DNA of 64,000 nucleotides from Macrostomum lignano (GCA_002269645.1 NIVC01002282.1:62001-126000), one strand, 5' to 3'; shown: positions 1 through 14,994, counted from the first letter of the stretch. Translations and numbers: made by a program. Notes: a model not told the origin generated them from the letters alone.

Positions 1-99
1 GGGTGGCTTGGTCAACTAGGGTTTTGCAATTACGGGTCTCTGTTTCAGGTGCGCTAACCGCGTCTATTGTTGCTAAAAGATTGTGTCCCAATCCCTATT

Positions 100-1375
100 T
101 TGTGTGTCCTAATGCCTACTCTGTGTGTGTCCTAATGCCTACTCTGTGTGTGTCCTATTGCCTACTCTGTGTGTATCCTAATGCCTACTCTATGTGTGAC
201 CTAATGGCTACTCTGTGTGTGTCCTAATGCCTACTCTGTGTGTGTCCTAATTCTTACTCTGTGTGTGTCCTAATGCCTACTCTGTGTCCTAATGCCTACT
301 CTGTGTCCTAATGCCTACTCTGTGTCCTAATGCCTACCCTGTGTGTCCCCTAATGCCTACCCTGTGTGTGTCCTAATGCCTACTCTGTGTGTGTCCTAAT
401 GCCTACTCTGTGTGTGTCCTAATGCCTACTCTGTGTGTATCTTAATGCCTACTCTATGTGTGACCTAATGGCTACTCTGTGTGTGTCCTAATGCCTACCC
501 TGTGTGTATCCTAATGCCTACTCTGTGTCCTAATGACTGCTCTGTGTGTGTCCTAATGCCTACTCTGTGTGTCCTAATTCCTACTCTGTTTGTGTCCTAA
601 TGCCTGATATGTGTGTGTAATGCCTGATATGTGTGTGTCCTAATGCCTGATATGTGTGTGTCCTAATGCCTGATATGTGTGTGTCCTAATGCCTGATATG
701 TGTGTGTCCTAATGCCTGATATGTGTGTGTCCTAATCCCTACTCTGTGTGTGTCCTAATGACTACTCTGTGTGTGTCCTAATTCCTACTCTGTGTGTGTC
801 CTAATTCCTACTCTGTGTGTGTCCTAATTCCTACTCTGTGTGTGTCCTAATGCCTACTCTGTGTCCTAATGACTGCTCTGTGTGTGTCCTAATGCCTTAC
901 TCTGTGTGTGTCCTAATGCCTACTCTGTGTGTGTCCTAATGCCTACTCTGTGTGTCCTAATGCATACTCTGTGTGTGTCCTAATGCCTTACTCTGTGTGT
1001 GTCCTAATGCCTACTCTGTGTGTGTCCTAATGCCTACTCTGTGTGTCCTAATGCATACTCTGTGTGTGTCCTAATACCTGATATGTGTGCATCCTAATGC
1101 CTGATATGTGTGTGTAATGCCTGATATGTGTGTGTCCTAATGCCTGATATGTGTGTGTCCTAATGCCTGATATGTGTGTGTCCTAATGCCTGATATGTGT
1201 GTGTCCTAATGCCTGATATGTGTGTGTCCTAATGCCTGATATATGTGTGTCCTAATGCCTGATATGTGTGTGTCCTAATCCCTACTCTGTGTGTGTCCTA
1301 ATGCCTACTCTGTGTGTGTCCTAATTCCTACTCTGTGTGTGTCCTAATGCCTACCCTGAGTGTGTCCTAATCCTT
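100..1375. repeat. Minisatellite, ~21-23-bp unit CCTAATGCCTACTCTGTGTGTGT (variant CCTAATGCCTGATATGTGTGTGT)
   Basis: Direct tandem copies with two interspersed variant blocks. Confidence 0.95.
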
Positions 1376-1939
1376 ACTTTTGCGAATTCAAACTGCTTTT
1401 AGACTAGGATTTGCAACATACGCTGGTAATGTATCGAGTGAAAATCCCTTCGAATGCGTGACATCCAGTGTAAATCAGCTCCACAGTGTAGGCGTTCTGT
1501 CACAGCTCCTGTCAGTCACTGTCAATCCGTGACAGTCAGTGCAACTGCACCTAACCCTGGCACGCATGCCGTTATCAAATTTCGCCCCGATTCGTGTCGG
1601 GCCGTCTCCCAGACGTGGAGCATCTGGCTTATCTTATTGCTTCACTGGCCAGAATAAAAATGCCATAGGAGGGAAAAAGGCGGACTAGGCGTGGCGCTCG
1701 ATCACTTGTGATTTCCTCCGCATCGATTCTGCCCCAGTACTGCTCGGCTTGTATATCAGTCACGAGCGTTTTTTTCAGTTTGTAAAAATCTCCTCAATGG
1801 CTTTGCTTATCAGCAGCTGCAGTCGTGCTATTTTGGCGTTCGCTCGCTTGAAAATCATCGAAGCTAAAAGCTATATAAAACCAATTATTTTTTAGGTTTC
1901 TACTACATAATTGTCGCAAGTACAAGCCATAATGACATT

Positions 1940-2195
1940 ACGCCTTGTGAATGTACATTCTTTAAAGGAGCTTTTCTTTCCTGCCCTTACGCCTTAAAAC
2001 ACCCACCTCACGCCTTGTGAATGTACATTTATCGAAGGAGCTTTCCTTTCCTGCCTTTACTCCTTAGAACACCCACCTCACGCCTTGTGAATGTACATTT
2101 ATCGAAGGAGCTTTCCTTTCCTGCCTTTACTCCTTAGAACACCCACCTCACGCCTTGTGAATGTACATTTATCGAAGGATCTTTCCTTTCCTGCC
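1940..2195. repeat. 70-bp tandem repeat, ~3.7 copies
   Basis: cgccttgtga recurs at 1941, 2011, 2081 and 2151. Confidence 0.95.
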
Positions 2196-2753
2196 CTGCC
2201 CTTATCAGATATATCTTTCGTTTCTGCTTGACCTAAATGACAGGCAATCGAGCAACGATGCTCGCCCAGAGTTGCTAAAGATTCCTGCAGCCATCAGAAA
2301 GAGGAAAAATCATTTAAGTATTCAGTTTAACCCTCGGTCTTGAGAGTTCCAATTTCCTTCCTCTCAGGTTGCCTGGCCAGTCTTATTATGGGCCAGGGAC
2401 TCCAGTCCAGAGGGACAAGGGTGAGAGCACAGGATGCCTTTCTGGTGGCCGAGGATGGACAGCGGATTGAGTTGGGGACGACTCAATTTCATCTCAACTC
2501 CTTCCCGAAGCTCTGAGGAGTGATGCGATTTTCCTAGGGAACAAGCAAGGGGATGGAAAGTTGGGATTCTCTTCTATACCCGTGTCTCCGGGCAGACAGA
2601 AATTGAGTTTCAGGTTGCAGACCTCTGATTGAAAGATTCAAGTAAGGAGCGCTCATGTTAGCGCTGCCTCTTTAACACTTCAGCAACCCAATCTGAACTG
2701 CCCAATAAAATTTGCTTGCAGCCTCATCCTTCCTTCTGAGACACCCGGCTATG

Positions 2754-3336
2754 AAGTATCACCCCTGGCGCACAAAGTATCACTCCTGACACACAAAGTA
2801 TCACCCCTGGCGCACAAAGTATCATCTCTGACACACAAAGTATCACCCCTGACACACAAAGTATCACTCCTGACGCACAAAGTATCACTCTTGACGCACA
2901 AAGTATCACTCCTGACACACAAAGTATCACTCCTGACACACAAAGTATCACTCTTGACGCACAAAGTATCACCCCTGGCGCACAAAGTATCACCCCTGGC
3001 GCACAAGGTATCACTCCTGACACACAAAGTATCACCCCTGACACACAAAGTATCACTCCTGACACACAAAGTATCATCCCTGACACACAAAGTATCACCC
3101 CTGGCGCACAAAGTATCACCCCTGGCGCACAAAGTATCACCCTGACGCACAAAGTATCACCCCTGGCGCACAAAGTATCACCCCTGACACACAAGGTATC
3201 ACTCCTGACACACAAAGTATCACTCCTGACACACAAAGTATCACCCCTGACACACAAAGTATCACCCCTGACGCACAAAGTATCACCCTGACGCACAAAG
3301 TATCACCCCTGGCGCACAAAGTATCACTCCTGACAC
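2754..3336. repeat. Minisatellite, ~21-bp unit CACAAAGTATCACCCCTGACA
   Basis: Tandem copies; source of ORFs 2724-3376. Confidence 0.95.
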
Positions 3337-3982
3337 CGCCACTGACGCCACTGGCCCGAACTGACAGCCATGACATCTTTGCAGTACAAGTACAACTGTC
3401 CCAACACGTGACCTACATAAACCAGGTGAAATTGATGCTTTTCCACTCGCAGACTCGGCCCCCACGGCCTCTCCCACACGAAGTGCACAGATAATCAGTT
3501 TTCAATCAAGCAGACAGGCTGGCCAAATATTGCTTAACAAGCCTCAGTCAATTGATTTGATTATGAATAGATTACCATGGCAACACAGCAAGCATTCATG
3601 AAGCCTCCCCGCTGGGAAGAGCCCGAACCATTCTAAAAACCGCACGTAGGCTTGTGGAGCGTATCCTCGGGAATGGCATTAACTAACGGGCTGGGCTGCC
3701 CGCACTTCAATCGGAGGGTTAATTCAATTGCCGGACTCACAGTCGGAGAATACTGAGCGATCACTGCACTCAATCGAGACATTTATTTTTTATAGATTTC
3801 CTGTCCGAAATGCGGGTCTCTTGGCACAATTTTTAGTTTTATGACATTAATTTTGCGGCGAAATAATGTTCTTTTGTACAGCACTCAGAGAAAATTACTT
3901 TTATCCTTTTTAGGGTAGAATAAGTAAGAGATAGATAGAAAGATATAGATATATCTTTGATAGATGTAAGATATCGATAAAT

Positions 3983-5138
<1,156 letters not shown>

Positions 5139-5769
5139 CAGGCAGGAGGCAGCAGTTATTGCTTTTCCTTTTTCCCCTGGGCCTGCTCGGCAGCAGGGCT
5201 GTGCACTTTGCGGCTTAAAGCAGGCTACAACCTCCCCTCGTCGTCTGCCCATCCGGTTCGGTCATTCATTTCCCCCCTTCGAACAGTCAGTCTCCGGCGG
5301 GGGATATTTTTCCCCGGCTAAAGGGGCAGTTTTTTCTCACGGAAAAACGCAGACTTTCCCCGACAGGCCCGCGCTGCCCTCTGCCCGGGCGAACTGCTTG
5401 GGAGAGAGGGAGAGGATGCGGAACGGGGATCTTCAGACTTAGGCAGTCGCGCCACTGCAGCAACGATGGTTCAAGTCAGTCCAGTAAGTTCTTCAGGTTC
5501 CTCCTTCTACAACTGCAAAAGTGAAGGCTGGGCGGTGGAGCCTGGCGGGGTCCGGCTGAGTGAAATTCCAGAACCAGCAGCTCTGACGAATAAGAAAGAA
5601 AAATCAGGAAAGTAGAAAGTAGGAGCTTTTAAACCATTGAACTTATTATTCTTTGCTTTTACGCCGGTGACTGATGGCGCTCCCCCAAAAATGGCGTCCC
5701 CACAGAATGGCACCACAAAGACAAAAAAGACACTCACAAAAACAGCAGTCTCACAAAAAGGACACTTTT

Positions 5770-6545
5770 ACCAAAATGCCACTTTCACAAAAATTGCACT
5801 CTCAAAAAATGGCACTCTCAAAAAATGGCACTCTCAAAAAAATGGCACTCTCAAAAAATGGCACTCTAAAAAAAATGGCACTCTCAAAAAATGGCACTCT
5901 CACAGAAATTGCACTCAAAAAATGGCACTTTAACAAAAATGGCACTCTCACAAAAATGGCGCTCTCACAAAAATGGCACTGTCACAAAAATGGCACTCTC
6001 AAAAAATGGCACTCTTACAGAAATGGCACTCTCACAAAATGGCACTGCCTCAGAAATGGCGCTCTCACAAAATGGCACTCTCTCAGAAATGGCGCTCTCA
6101 CAAAATGGCACTCCCTCAGAAATGGCGCTCTCACAAAATGGCACTCCCTCAGAAATGGCGCTCTCACAAAATGGCACTCCCTCAGAAATGGCACTCTCAC
6201 AAAAAGGGCCCTTTTACCAAAATGGCACTCCCTCAGAAATAGCACTCTCACAAAGATGGCACTCTCACAAAAATGGCGCTCTCACAGAAATGGCACTCTC
6301 ACAAAAAAGGCCCTTTTACCAAAATGGCACTCCCTCAGAAATGGCACTCTAACAAAAATGCCACTCACAAAAATGCCACTCCCACAAAAATGGCTCTCTC
6401 ACAAAAATGCCACTCCCACAAAAATGGCTCTCTCACAAAAATGCCACTCACAAAAATCGCTCTCTCACAAAATGACACTTTTTAAAAAATGGCACCTTCA
6501 CAAAAAAAACACCTTCACAAAAAATGGCGCTCTACAAAATGGTGT
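5770..6545. repeat. Minisatellite, ~17-18-bp unit AAAATGGCACTCTCAC(A)
   Basis: Degenerate tandem copies; source of ORFs 5674-6567. Confidence 0.9.
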
Positions 6546-7773
6546 AAGTGGTTACGCGTCTTTCTAATTTAGCTGCTCACGACTATAAATATTTGATACT
6601 ACTGCAGTCAGTCTATTATATCACTTGACCTACATACGAGACCTCAACTAATTATAGATTTGATGCAGTCTCTACCTGAGACTCTGAGAGTGCAGTCAAG
6701 CCATAATTAGAAATACAGAAATCTGTACTTTATGCCTGGGTATAGATAAAACTGCAGAAAATCGCGTGATGCACGAATAGTTGGAGCGACAATGGCTAAT
6801 TAATGAGTTAATGCTGAGCATTGGGTTCTGATTATAGATAAATCACATGGGAATATTGGCTGAGGAACAGCAGCTGCAATGCGGACCATGAGTGCTCTGA
6901 GTGCTCATGCTTATCTAAGCTTCCTCCTGCACCATCCACTCGGCCCATGTTCCATGCCCTTGACAGAGGGAGCTGGCACTAAGACAACACAGGCAGGTCT
7001 TCAAGTAGGAAACGAGTACAAGGTGGGGCAATATGATGGTAAAATGAAGCGAAGTTGAGTCGAGCGCGGTGATGCCCATTCGATCGACAGCGGAGCACTT
7101 GATGTACTCTCTGGCAGATTTTCTGTGTGCCTTTTGCTGATGGTTGATGGGTCCCATGATGGCGGCAGTTTCCCAGAGAAATTTGATATGCACGAGTCAA
7201 AAAAAAAGCATTGCGACTAAAGCCCCCTGGGACTGTAAGCCTACGGTAAAAGCGTCGTCTGACTCTTGAGATGCGACCTTGGATTCTATCTCACAGTCGA
7301 CAGTCACATTTGTTTGGAGCTTTTATGCACGGCCGCTGTACACCCGAGGACAACTTAAGTAGTAGGACGCAACACTCGCGTATCGTGTAATTTTTATTGG
7401 AGGCCTGCATGGTCTTCACATATATGTAATTCTCGACTAGTTGCATGTAGAAAGCTAATTCTTTCGGCGTTAGGTCCAGAATTTTGTTCTTCGTTAAAAT
7501 GTAAGTAATAAAATAGTAGACTACATGTATAAGCAGCGTACAGTTTAAGTACAGTGAAAACAACCCAATTTCGTGCAATTTAAAAATACGCCAAATTTTC
7601 TTTACTTCAGTAACTTCAGTTGTCCTTGTGTACACCCTGTGTGATCGTGCTCATGTTCTATGATCTCAGGAGTTGGTTGCAAAATGAAGACAATGCTTCA
7701 GGAATATTCAAATTCTCCTGCAATTACCAATTAATACTAATGCGCATCTAAATCACCGGAATTGTCCACGCAG

Positions 7774-8578
7774 GCACCTACTCGGGCTGCTGGTTCCACG
7801 GCACCCGCCACGGCCTGGGCATTCGCCAGTCGGTCCCATTCGGCTTGGCCGCTCACTACAAAGAGGAACGCCGTCTCCGGGAATCGCTGACCTCTCTGCG
7901 CTCCCAGGATGAGGCCTCGGCCGAGGCGGCCGCTGCCCAAGACGCCCGAGAGCGAGCCAAACGACTCGACGAGCCTCGAGGCGGTTTCGTCCTGCGCGGC
8001 CGCATGATCGACGCCGCGGCGGCGCTGTCCTCCGGCCAGGCTGCCCAGTCGACGAAGCGCAACTCGCTCACCAAGGGTCTGATCGGTCGGTTGCGCAAGC
8101 AGCGCTCGACAGGCGACGTGAACAATGACCAGCGCTCGTCAGCTCGCTATTCGGGCTCCTTGCGCTCGGCTCTGAGCGACAGGTCGGCCACTCTCACCGC
8201 CGGAGGAGGCGTCGTCGGCACAGCTTCGCCGGACTTTTTCGAAGAGATCGTCGACCCGTCGACTACGGAGGCCTACTACGGCGACTGGAAGCAGGACAAG
8301 AGGTCCGGCCTGGGCGTCGCCGAGAGAAGCGACGGCCTGAAGTACGAGGGCGAATGGGAGGACAACAAGAAGCACGGTTACGGCTGCACGACTTTCCCAG
8401 ACGGCAACGTCGAAGCCGGAAAATACAAAAGCAACGTGCTGGTGGCATCGACAGCCAGGCGGAGCAAACTGTTCATCATCAAGACCGCCCGATTGCGCGA
8501 ACGCGTCGAGACGGCTGTGCGCGAGGCGAGGAACGCCATGGCTGAGGCCATCAAGAAGGCTGAGAATGCTCAGTCCAG
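7774..8578 (+). CDS. JPH: Junctophilin exon (MORN 6, joining region, MORN 7-8, start of alpha-helical domain)
   Basis: Acceptor CAG at 7771-73, phase 1. Reads GTYSGCWFHGTRHGLGIRQSVPFGLAA...EAYYGDWKQDKRSGLGVAERSDGLKYEGEWEDNKKHGYGCTTFPDG...GKYKSN, i.e. MORN repeats with the junctophilin RQSVP(Y/F)G signature. Donor GT at 8579, phase 2. Upstream MORN exons not found in the window. Confidence 0.93.
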
Positions 8579-9469
8579 GTGCGCTTAGTACTTGAGGGGG
8601 CCGTTTGATAGCTAGTTGTGGCATTTTGAGCACAATTCACTATCCAAGCTTGCATTTTTTTACTTATTCTACTCCTTTCCTCGTCCTCCGGGGCCGTAGC
8701 CCAGCGGTAGCGCAGCTGCTCTGGTGTGCCAGCGACCCAGGCTCGATTCCAAGTGCAGTCACATTAATTTGGGGCTGAATTGGAATCTCGGCTTGGCTCT
8801 GCTCGTGCAATTAACGGCCTTGAGAGCCAACCCCCCAAGGCGCAGTGAAGTGTACATGCCCCTAACGATAAAATAAAGTTAGGGCCGCTGTACACTCCAG
8901 TGTGAGTGTGTGCCTGCGTACGTATCCGCGCGCTTGTATGCCTGCTCAGGGGAGTCGGCGGAATGGGCAGCAATGCCTCTCGCCGGTTGTGTGCCAATGT
9001 CGCTTAAAGTGCGCCAGGGTGCACACAACCCCCTGCCTCTAATAAATAAAAATCCTCGTCCTCCTCACCCCCTTCTGATAACCTTTTTCCACACAATTAT
9101 TTTAACTCTCCATCACCAATATGAACCTCGTCAGTTTGGCATACCATAGCTACCTGAACTATTCTTTTTTAAAGAAAAGTCATTTCTCTTCAGGAGTGAA
9201 GCAATTTATGTGTACTTTTTTTCGCGGATTTTTACCGCGAAGATGGCGAAATGTCAGAGAGAAAGTTTTTGCTCCTCCGAAAAAGCGCACAGGATACTGG
9301 TTTAATTCATCATTTTTTTCTGGAAGCAGCTGAACCAACGTACTGGCAGAACAAGCTATAATCTACTGACTCGCCGAAGTTAGGATTTTTCCCGAAAATA
9401 TGTAGCTTACAAGCCTATACAAAGTTGTTCGCGGTGGGAGGCACTTGTAACTTATTTGGAATCTATTGT

Positions 9470-9720
9470 GTGTGGCCTAGTAATCTCAATGAGTTGTCTA
9501 TGGCCTAGTAATGTCAGTGAGTTGTCTATGACCTAGTAGATTCAAAGAGTTGTCTATGGCCTAGTAATGTCAGTGAGTTGTTTATGGCCTAGTAGATTCA
9601 AAGAGTTGTCTATGGCCTAGTAATGTCAGTGAGTTGTTTATGGCCTAGTAATGTCAGTGAGTTGTTTATGACCTAGTAATGTCAACCAGTTGTCTATGAC
9701 CTAGTAATGTCGATGAGTTG
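9470..9720. repeat. ~28-bp minisatellite GAGTTGTCTATGGCCTAGTAATGTCAGT
   Basis: Tandem copies in a junctophilin intron. Confidence 0.9.
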
Positions 9721-9935
9721 ACACCTGGTGGGACCTTGTCAATATCAAGGTGCCACCCGTTGAAGGTGCTGACAGCGTCAGGGTGATGACGGAATGCTTA
9801 AGAGACTAGCTGAGGATGTCCAGCAGTTGAGGTTTGCCCACTGTCGTGACTTGATCGGCGACAGGAGTCTATGGGAGAAGTGTTTTACACAACATATCGG
9901 TATAATTAAACTTTACTATCCAATTAACTTTGCAG

Positions 9936-10054
9936 GCAGCAGGTCAGTCGCCAGAAAGCGGAACTGGCGGATCAGGCCGCGGAAAAAGCGCGCCAAGATG
10001 CGGAAATGGCGCGCCGTTTAGCGCACGAATATGCGCCAGATTTTCATCAGCCAG
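9936..10054 (+). CDS. JPH: Junctophilin exon (alpha-helical domain end)
   Basis: tttgcag|g acceptor. Reads RQQVSRQKAELADQAAEKARQDAEMARRLAHEYAPDFHQPG, matching the conserved AR..A.E.APDF.QPG motif. Donor gtgagc at 10055. Phases 2/1 fit the neighbours. Not in the ORF track in this frame. Confidence 0.9.
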
Positions 10055-10107
10055 GTGAGCCGCTTGACTGACAGGTGCCCTGTCATCCACCTGTCTATTT
10101 CTGGATT

Positions 10108-10550
10108 CTGTCACTTTCTGGAATCTGTCACTTTATAGAAATCTGTCACCCTATAGAATCTTTCACTCTGAAGAATCTGTCACTCTATACAGAATCTGTC
10201 ACTCTATACAGAATCTGTCACTCTATACAGAATCTGTCACTCTATACAGAATCTGTCACTCTATACAGAATCTGTCACTCTATACAGAATCTGTCACTCT
10301 ATACAGAATCTGTCACTCTATACAGAATCTTTCACTCTATACAGAATCTGTCACTCTATACAGAATCTGTCACTCTATACAGAATCTGTCACTCTATACA
10401 GAATCTGTCACTCTATACAGAATCTGTCACTCTATACAGAATCTGTCACTCTATACAGAATCTGTCACTCTATACAGAATCTGTCACTCTATACAGAATC
10501 TGTCACTCTATACTAATCACTCTAATGTCACTCTAATGTCACTCTAATGT
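10108..10550. repeat. 19-bp minisatellite AGAATCTGTCACTCTATAC
   Basis: Near-perfect tandem copies starting about 55 nt after the splice donor. Confidence 0.95.
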
Positions 10551-11181
10551 GGATTAGCACTCCTACATGCAAATAACATAACTCGCTCGCTGTTTTCCAC
10601 TCGCACGCCACAATCCACGGCGGCGCTCGGGAATTCCCTGGCGACGCTATGAGCCCGACCGAGTGATGGGAAAAATAGGAAGCGAGGAGGAGATGGGGAG
10701 GGGGATGTGAAAGGGATGAGATGGGATAAAGCTTCATCACGCCCGACTGTCTCTCCCCTCCCATGCCCCAGGCCAGTTCACCTCCCCTCTTCTGCAGTTT
10801 CCTTATTTTCTGTTTAATTAAACGCGGAGAGAAATAAAATCTGATATTTCATCCAGCCGCATCGGTGCATTGAATTTCAGCATTGAGTAAATAAGATGCA
10901 GCAGCCTCCCCAGCCCCTGTTGACCAAGAGAGCAAAATAAGATAGAGGGTAGATCACTAAATTAGACTGGAAAAGTGCATCAACTCATTGCAAGACAAGG
11001 CGACTCAATTTCTTGATTAAGTTTGCTTCTCTCGAAATTCGATTATTGTTTTGTTAAATTTATTTGCATGCTGGCAATCGGCTGATCGAAAAACGTTACA
11101 AAAAGTTTTGCAATAATTTTCTTACTTTGGGGAGCGTTCTGAAATCGTAATTTTAGGTTTTAAAAAACTACAAATTCTGTT

Positions 11182-11350
11182 TCTAAAAGCAGGCTTTTTG
11201 TGACTCACAGCTTTCGTGTTTCTAAAAATAGGCACATGTTCGTGATTCATAGAGTTTCTTTCTAAAAATAGCTTCAATTTCGTGAGTGATAAAATCACTT
11301 TCTAAAAATAGATACATTTGCATGAGTCAAAGAATTCTTCTCTAAAAAAA
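11182..11350. repeat. Highly diverged ~40-bp repeat anchored on TTCTAAAAATAG
   Basis: The anchor recurs at about 11182, 11220, 11260, 11300 and 11340. Confidence 0.7.
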
Positions 11351-11400
11351 GCCGTCGTGTTTTTTAAATTTTGAATTCGACGACGTTAATTTAAATTCAG

Positions 11401-11651
11401 GCTCGGAATTTCTCAAACGCCGATTGGACTCGGATGCCCTCAACAGCTTGTCGCTAACCAGCCATCAAAATGGCTCAAAACCGTCAGGCGTCAGCGCCAA
11501 TTCGACAAGCGCGACAACGACGTCGGCAGCAGCGGCGGCGGCAGCGAATTCTCGCACTCTTCAGAGACAGCGCAACATTGAAGAGTCTCCAGGGCTGAGT
11601 CCGCCGCAGCAACAGGGTGGTGGCGGCCTTCAGGTGGATGGCATCCTGCAG
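11401..11651 (+). CDS. JPH: Junctophilin exon (start of divergent region)
   Basis: ttcag at 11400, then (G)SEFLKRRLDSDALNS..., continuing the conserved PG.E..KRR motif. Donor gtaaac at 11652, phase 0. Confidence 0.85.
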
Positions 11652-11774
11652 GTAAACTTATAATATGATTACAATTTTCTCATTTGCATTTTATCTTTGC
11701 ATGCAAAGTTAGGAGTGCGTTTTTCGTTACAACTTTTCGTTTAATTAATATATGGCACAAATACACGTACATTA

Positions 11775-12265
11775 ACTAGCCGAAGCTATGTACATTGGGA
11801 TGCCAAAGCTATGTACATTGGCTAGCCTAAGCTATGTACATTGGGATGCCAAAGATATGTACATTGGCTAGCCTAAGCTATGTACAGTGGCTAGCCGAAG
11901 CTATGTACATTGGCTAGCCGAAGTAATGCATTGTACATTGGTTTACCTAAGCTATGTACATTGGCTAGCAGAAGCAATGCATTGTACATTGGTTAACCTA
12001 AGCTATGTACATTGGCTAGCAGAAGCAATGCATTGTACATTGGTTAACCTAAGCTATGTACATTGGCTAGCAGAAGCAATGCATTGTACATTGGTTAACC
12101 TAAGCTATGTACATTGGCTAGCCGAAGCAATGCATTGTACATTGGTTAACCTAAGCTATGTACATTGGCTAGCCGAAGCAATGCCTTGTACATTGGTTAA
12201 CCTAAGCTATGTACATGAGGTAACCTAAGCTATGTACATTGACTAGCCGAAACTATGTACATTGG
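11775..12265. repeat. 23-bp minisatellite AAGCTATGTACATTGGCTAGCCG with 51-bp dimeric higher-order unit
   Basis: Tandem copies; the 51-bp period gives the 17-aa periodic ORF 11887-12228. Confidence 0.93.
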
Positions 12266-12779
12266 GTAGCCGAGAACATATATATAGTTGGTCTCACAGA
12301 AAATCTAATCAAATTTCATATCCAATCCATAAGCAATAATTCATGCCCAGCTATTTACACCGGTGTCACTTATTCCAGCATGTTGATATAGAACTGACAA
12401 TTAGTCAGTTATCTTTGTCAGATAGTTTGGCAACTGATGACTGTCTTGGTGGTATTGTATGCCAGGTAAGGATGCCAACCCGCACACAGAGCACTGTTCA
12501 CTGTTCGTACAATTTAATCTACCTGCTATTAGTTCACCAGTTGGACACCAAATATTCAGCACGCACAGTCCATGCTCACATTGTTTGCGCACATTGTGTG
12601 CAAAATTTTTATTCTACACAAACTTGCTTAGAGGTTGAATTCCTTGAACTGGTTCTGGATTTCATATGAATTTTTTTGTTTGTTTAAACCCGATCCTAAA
12701 TTAGGTTGCGATTCAGTAACGTTGTAACAAATTTTTGACGTATTATAATCACAGATTTAATACGATATTAGAGGGAATA

Positions 12780-13350
12780 ATGGAGTGACAATATGAGATA
12801 GAGAGGGACGGAGCGACAATATAAGAGAGTGACGGAGTGACAATATAAGAGAGTGACGGAATGACAATATGAGAGTGACTGAGTGACAATATGAGACAGA
12901 GAGTGACGGGATGACAATATGAGAGTGACGGAGTGACAATATGAGACAGAGAGTGATAGGGTGACAATATGAGAGTGACGGAGTGACAATATGAGATAGA
13001 GAGTGACAGAGTGACAATATAAGATAGAGAGGGATGGAGTGACAATATAAGATAGAGAGTGACGGAGTGACAATATAAGAGAGTGACGGAGTGACAATAT
13101 AGGAGAGTGACGGAGTGACAATATAAGAGAGTGACGGAGTGACAATATAAGAGAGTGACGGAGTGACAATAAATGAGAGTGACGGAGTGATAATATGAGA
13201 CAGAAAGTGGCGGGGGTGACAATATAAGACAGAGAGTGATGGAGTGCCAATATGAGAGTGACGGAGTGATATTATGAGAGAGTGACGGAGTGATAATGGG
13301 GAAGAGTTCCAGAGTGAAATGATAGAATGACGGAGTGACAATAAGAAACG
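12780..13350. repeat. 23-29-bp minisatellite GAGAGTGACGGAGTGACAATAT
   Basis: Degenerate tandem copies. Confidence 0.9.
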
Positions 13351-13994
13351 GTGTCAGGAGTGAAAATAGAGTGAATAAGAGAACGGATTAATAACGGTAT
13401 TGGTGGAGTACTTGGTGAATAACTCCACTCAAAAATCAAAGTGCACACTGAGTCCCTCTTCTCGCAGAGTCAAGCGCAGCTCTCCATTTGTGCGATTGAG
13501 ACTGAGAGAACCGCCCACCCACCCACGCGGCTGGGGGTGGGGGTCGACGTCAAATATGGGGATCAGAGCCAGTCAAACAGAGTTATGCCTAATTCAATAT
13601 TTGAGCTAAATCCCGGCTCATATAGACTCGGCCCGAGTTTCGTTAGAGTCGATAAAAAAGTGTCAGGCCGTGTGCTCAGGCTGGTTGCTATGCCAGGACC
13701 TCTGTCGGAGTCCGAGGCTGTTCTCGGTCAAAGTCGAACTGCTGCGTGAATTGAGATTGGCATTGGGTGAAGGGGGTTGATGGAGTTGGACTTCATCTCC
13801 TTGTCTGCTCACAGCTACGTGACTTTTGGGTTTGTTTGCTCAACTTATTTTTTGCAATTTTTGGTGAGATTTTTGGCAAAGATTTTGGAATGGGGAAGAT
13901 GTGCGAAGGAGTGCATGGGAAGGATTCCAGATAGTGCAGATAACAGACTTAGTTAATTCAAGAAATTCAGAAAATCTGAGGAATTTTGATTTTT

Positions 13995-14615
13995 CAGAAG
14001 AGCTTGAAGGAATTCAGGAGATCTTGGGGGAATTAAGGAGATCTTGGGGGAATTAAGGAGATCTTGGGGGAATTCAGGAAAGCTTGGAGGAATTCAGGAG
14101 AGCTTGGGGGAATTCAAGAGAGCTTGGGGGAATTCAAGAGAGCTTGGGGGAATTCAAGAGAGCTTGGGGGAATTCAGGAGAGCTTGGGGGAATTCAGGAG
14201 AGCTTGGGGGAATTCTGGAGAGTTTGGGGGAATTCAGGAGAGCTTGGAGGAACTTAGAAGAACTTGGGGGAATTCTGGAGAGTTTGAGGGAATTCAGGTG
14301 AGGTCGAGGGAATTTAGGAGAGTTTGGGGAATTCAAGAGAGCTTGGGGGAATTCAGTAGAGCTTGGGGGAATTCAAGAGAGCTTGGGAGAATTCAGGAGA
14401 GCTTGGGGGAATTCAGTAGAGCTTGGGGGAATTCAAGAGAGCTTGGGAGAATTCAGGAGAGCTTGGGGGAATTCAGGAGAGCTTGGGGGAATTCAAGAGA
14501 GCTTGGGGAATTCAGGAGAGCTTGGAGGAACTCAGAAGAACTTGGGGGAATTCTGGAGAGTTTGAGGGAATTCAGGTGAGGTCGAGGGAATATAGGAGAG
14601 TTTGGGGAATTCAGG
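13995..14615. repeat. 20-bp minisatellite GAGCTTGGGGGAATTCAGGA
   Basis: Tandem copies. Confidence 0.93.
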
Positions 14616-14994
14616 AGAATTCGGAAAGTACGGAAATAAGGACAGAGCTTGACTCCTAGAAGTCGATTTTAATTTCTTTAAAAGATTTCATATTTTCTCT
14701 GAAAATCAGTTTATCCTCAAAGACTAGGAAGTATATTGTGTCTTAAAGCCTAGAATTTCAATTCATTTGACTGCTTTTCCAAGAAACAGCTGATTGAAAA
14801 AGGCCTTTAGTTAAACAAAAAATCCTTCACAAGATTTTCATGTTGCATTTGCTAATTAGTTTTGCTGAGGCAGAAACCGACATCCATCATTGCGCAAGAG
14901 TTCAGGCCAGAGTAGCATAGGTGAGAAAGAGTTAATGAGAGCGAATGAGTGAAAGAGAATGGGACTAATTGGGAGTGAAGAAGAGAGTAAACAA

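Noticed and set aside
6915-7635. ORFs 6915-7193, 6979-7200 and 7291-7635 on the minus strand
   Set aside because: No recognisable motifs in any frame, and no consistent splice structure.
7331-8896. GGCCGCTGTACAC present at about 7331 and 8883, the latter preceded by TTA (Harbinger-like terminus)
   Set aside because: The copies are in direct orientation and no inverted partner end was found, so no element can be delimited.
11182-11350. CRISPR-like pattern (constant short repeat with variable spacers)
   Set aside because: The anchor is only about 12 bp, the spacers are mutually similar, the context is a eukaryotic intron and there are no cas genes. It is a decayed minisatellite.
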